Positions 61,601 through 64,000 of a DNA stretch of 64,000 nt are shown in pieces. A program made the translations under genes and the position numbers. Origin of the DNA: Antedon mediterranea (Eukaryota > Animalia > Echinodermata); NCBI RefSeq assembly GCF_964355755.1, contig NC_092672.1:16368001-16432000 (forward strand), read 5' to 3'. Each line of letters begins with the position of its first letter. The stretch's first letter is position 1. The notes below the pieces were generated by a model, which saw only the letters and a list, made by a program, of their open reading frames with translations, ran no database searches and was not told the origin of the DNA.

Positions 61601-64000
61601 GAGAGAGATAGATCAGCGAGAGAGAGATAGATCAGCGAGAGAGAGAGAGAGATAGATCAGCGAGAGAGAGATAGATCAGCGAGAGAGAGATAGATCAGCG
61701 AGAGAGAGATAGATCAGTGAGAGATAGATCAGCGAGAGAGAGATAGATCAGCGAGAGAGAGAGAGATCAGCGAGAGAGATAGATCAGCGAGAGAGAGATA
61801 TATCAGCGAGAGAGAGATAGATCAGCGAGAGAGATAGATCAGCGAGAGAGAAATAGATCAGCGAGAGAGATAGATCAGCGAGAGAGAGAGATAGATAGAT
61901 CAGCGAGAGAGAGAGAGAGATAGATAGATAAGCGAGAGAGAGATAGATAGATCAGCGAGAGAGAGAGAGAGAGAGATCAGCGAGAGAGAGATAGATAGAT
62001 CAGCGAGAGAGAGAGATAGTTAGATCAGCGAGAGAGAGAGATAGATCAGCGAGAGAGAGATAGATATATCAGCGAGAGAGAGAGAGCGATAGATCAGAGA
62101 AAGAGAGAGAGAGATAGATCAGCGAGAGATAGAGATAGATAGATCAGCGAGAGAGAGAGAGATCAGCGAGAGAGAGATAGATAGATCAGCGAGAGAGAGA
62201 GATAGTTAGATCAGCGAGAGAAAGAGAGATAGATCAGCGAGAGAGAGAGATAGATAGATCAGCGAGAGAGAGAGAGAGAGATAGATCAGAGAGAGAGATA
62301 GATCAGCGAGAGAGAAATAGATCAGAGAGAGAGAGAGAGAGATAGATCAGAGAGAGAGATAGATCAGCGAGAGAGAGATAGATCAGCGAGAGAGAGAGAT
62401 AGATCAACGAGAGAGAGATAGATCAGCGAGAGAGATAGATCAGCGAGAGAGAGATAGATCAGCGAGAGAGAGATAGATCAGCGAGAGAGAGATAGATCAG
62501 CGAGAGAGAGATAGATCAGCGAGAGAGAGATAGATCAGTGAGAGAGAGATAGATCAGCGAGAGAGAGATAGATCAGCGAGAGAGAGAGAGATCAGCGAGA
62601 GAGATAGATCAGCGAGAGAGAGATATATCAGCGAGAGAGAGATAGATCAGCGAGAGAGATAGATCAGCGAGAGAGAAATAGATCAGCGAGAGAGATAGAT
62701 CAGCGAGAGAGAGAGATAGATAGATCAGCGAGAGAGAGAGAGAGATAGATAGATAAGCGAGAGAGAGATAGATAGATCAGCGAGAGAGAGAGAGAGAGAG
62801 ATCAGCGAGAGAGAGATAGATAGATCAGCGAGAGAGAGAGATAGTTAGATCAGCGAGAGAGAGAGATAGATCAGCGAGAGAGAGATAGATATATCAGCGA
62901 GAGAGAGAGAGCGATAGATCAGAGAAAGAGAGAGAGAGAGATAGATCAGCGAGAGATAGAGATAGATAGATCAGCGAGAGAGAGAGAGATCAGCGAGAGA
63001 GAGATAGATAGATCAGCGAGAGAGAGAGATAGTTAGATCAGCGAGAGAAAGAGAGATAGATCAGCGAGAGAGAGAGATAGATAGATCAGCGAGAGAGAGA
63101 GAGAGAGATAGATCAGAGAGAGAGATAGATCAGCGAGAGAGAAATAGATCAGAGAGAGAGAGAGAGAGATAGATCAGAGAGAGAGATAGATCAGCGAGAG
63201 AGAGATAGATCAGCGAGAGAGAGATAGATCAGTGAGAGAGAGATAGATCAGCGAGAGAGAGATAGAATAGCGAGTGAGAGATAGATCAGCGAGAGAGAGA
63301 TAGATCAGCGAGAGAGAGATAGATCAGCGAGAGAGAGATAGATCAGCGAGAGAGAGATAGATCAGCGAGAGAGTGATAGATCAGCGAGAGAGAGAGATCA
63401 GCGAGAGAGAGATAGATCAGCGAGAGAGATAGATCAGCGGGAGAGAGATAGATCAGCGAGAGAGAGAGATAGATGAGCGAGAGAGAGATAGATATATCAG
63501 CGAGAGATAGATAGATCAGCGAGAGAGAGATAGATAGATCAGCGAGAGAGAGATAGATCAGCGAGAGAGAGATAGATAGATCAACGAGAGAGAGATAGAT
63601 CAGCGAGAGAGAGATAGATAGATCAGCGAGAGAAAGATAGATCAGCGAGAGAGAGAGAGATAGATAGATTAGCGAGAGAGAGATAGATCAGCGAGAGATA
63701 GATAGATCAGCCAGAGAGAGATAGATCAGCGAGAGAGGGATAGATCAGTGGGAGAAATAGATCAGCGAGAGAGAGATAGATCAGCAAGAGAGAGATAGAT
63801 CAGTGAGAGAGAGATAGATCAGCGAGAGAGAGATAGATCAGCGAGAGAGATATAGATCAGTGAGAGAGAGATAGATCAGCGAGAGATAGATAGATAGATA
63901 AGCGAGAGAGAGATAGATAGATCAGCGAGAGAGAGATAGATAGATCAGCGAGAGAGAGATTGATCAGCGAGAGAGAGATAGATAGATCAGCGAGAGAGAG
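34599..64000 (+). repeat. ~19-bp satellite GATCAGCGAGAGAGAGATA, right part, with kb-scale higher-order duplications; runs off the window
   Basis: Uninterrupted units; diagnostic variants recur at about 0.55, 0.83, 6.0 and 7.2-kb spacings. Confidence 0.98.

Overview
AT-rich eukaryotic, probably invertebrate animal, repeat-dense DNA at the edge of a large satellite block. Bases 1-24.15 kb are a patchwork of transposon debris: two arrays of a 132-bp satellite, duplicated and inverted dispersed repeats, tRNA-Glu-like cloverleaves inside a repeat unit, solo/3' LTR-like segments, a 2.95-kb long-TIR element and short excision footprints. This part also holds the only convincing protein-coding gene: a minus-strand, three-exon, uninterrupted Gypsy-type DDE integrase of the Ginger1/GIN type, join(15304..15057, 12410..12211, 11577..10094), 643 aa, ending in a truncated OTU protease domain. 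From 24.15 kb to the end is a ~19-bp GATCAGC(GA)nTA minisatellite/satellite with kb-scale higher-order duplications. It is interrupted once by a 2318-bp CACA...TGTG non-coding insertion (32281-34598) with an apparent 4-bp target duplication. The ends of that insertion have an asymmetric heptamer/spacer/nonamer layout resembling V(D)J recombination signals (12- and 21-bp spacers). All alignments were done by eye, so repeat boundaries are approximate unless a junction is quoted.
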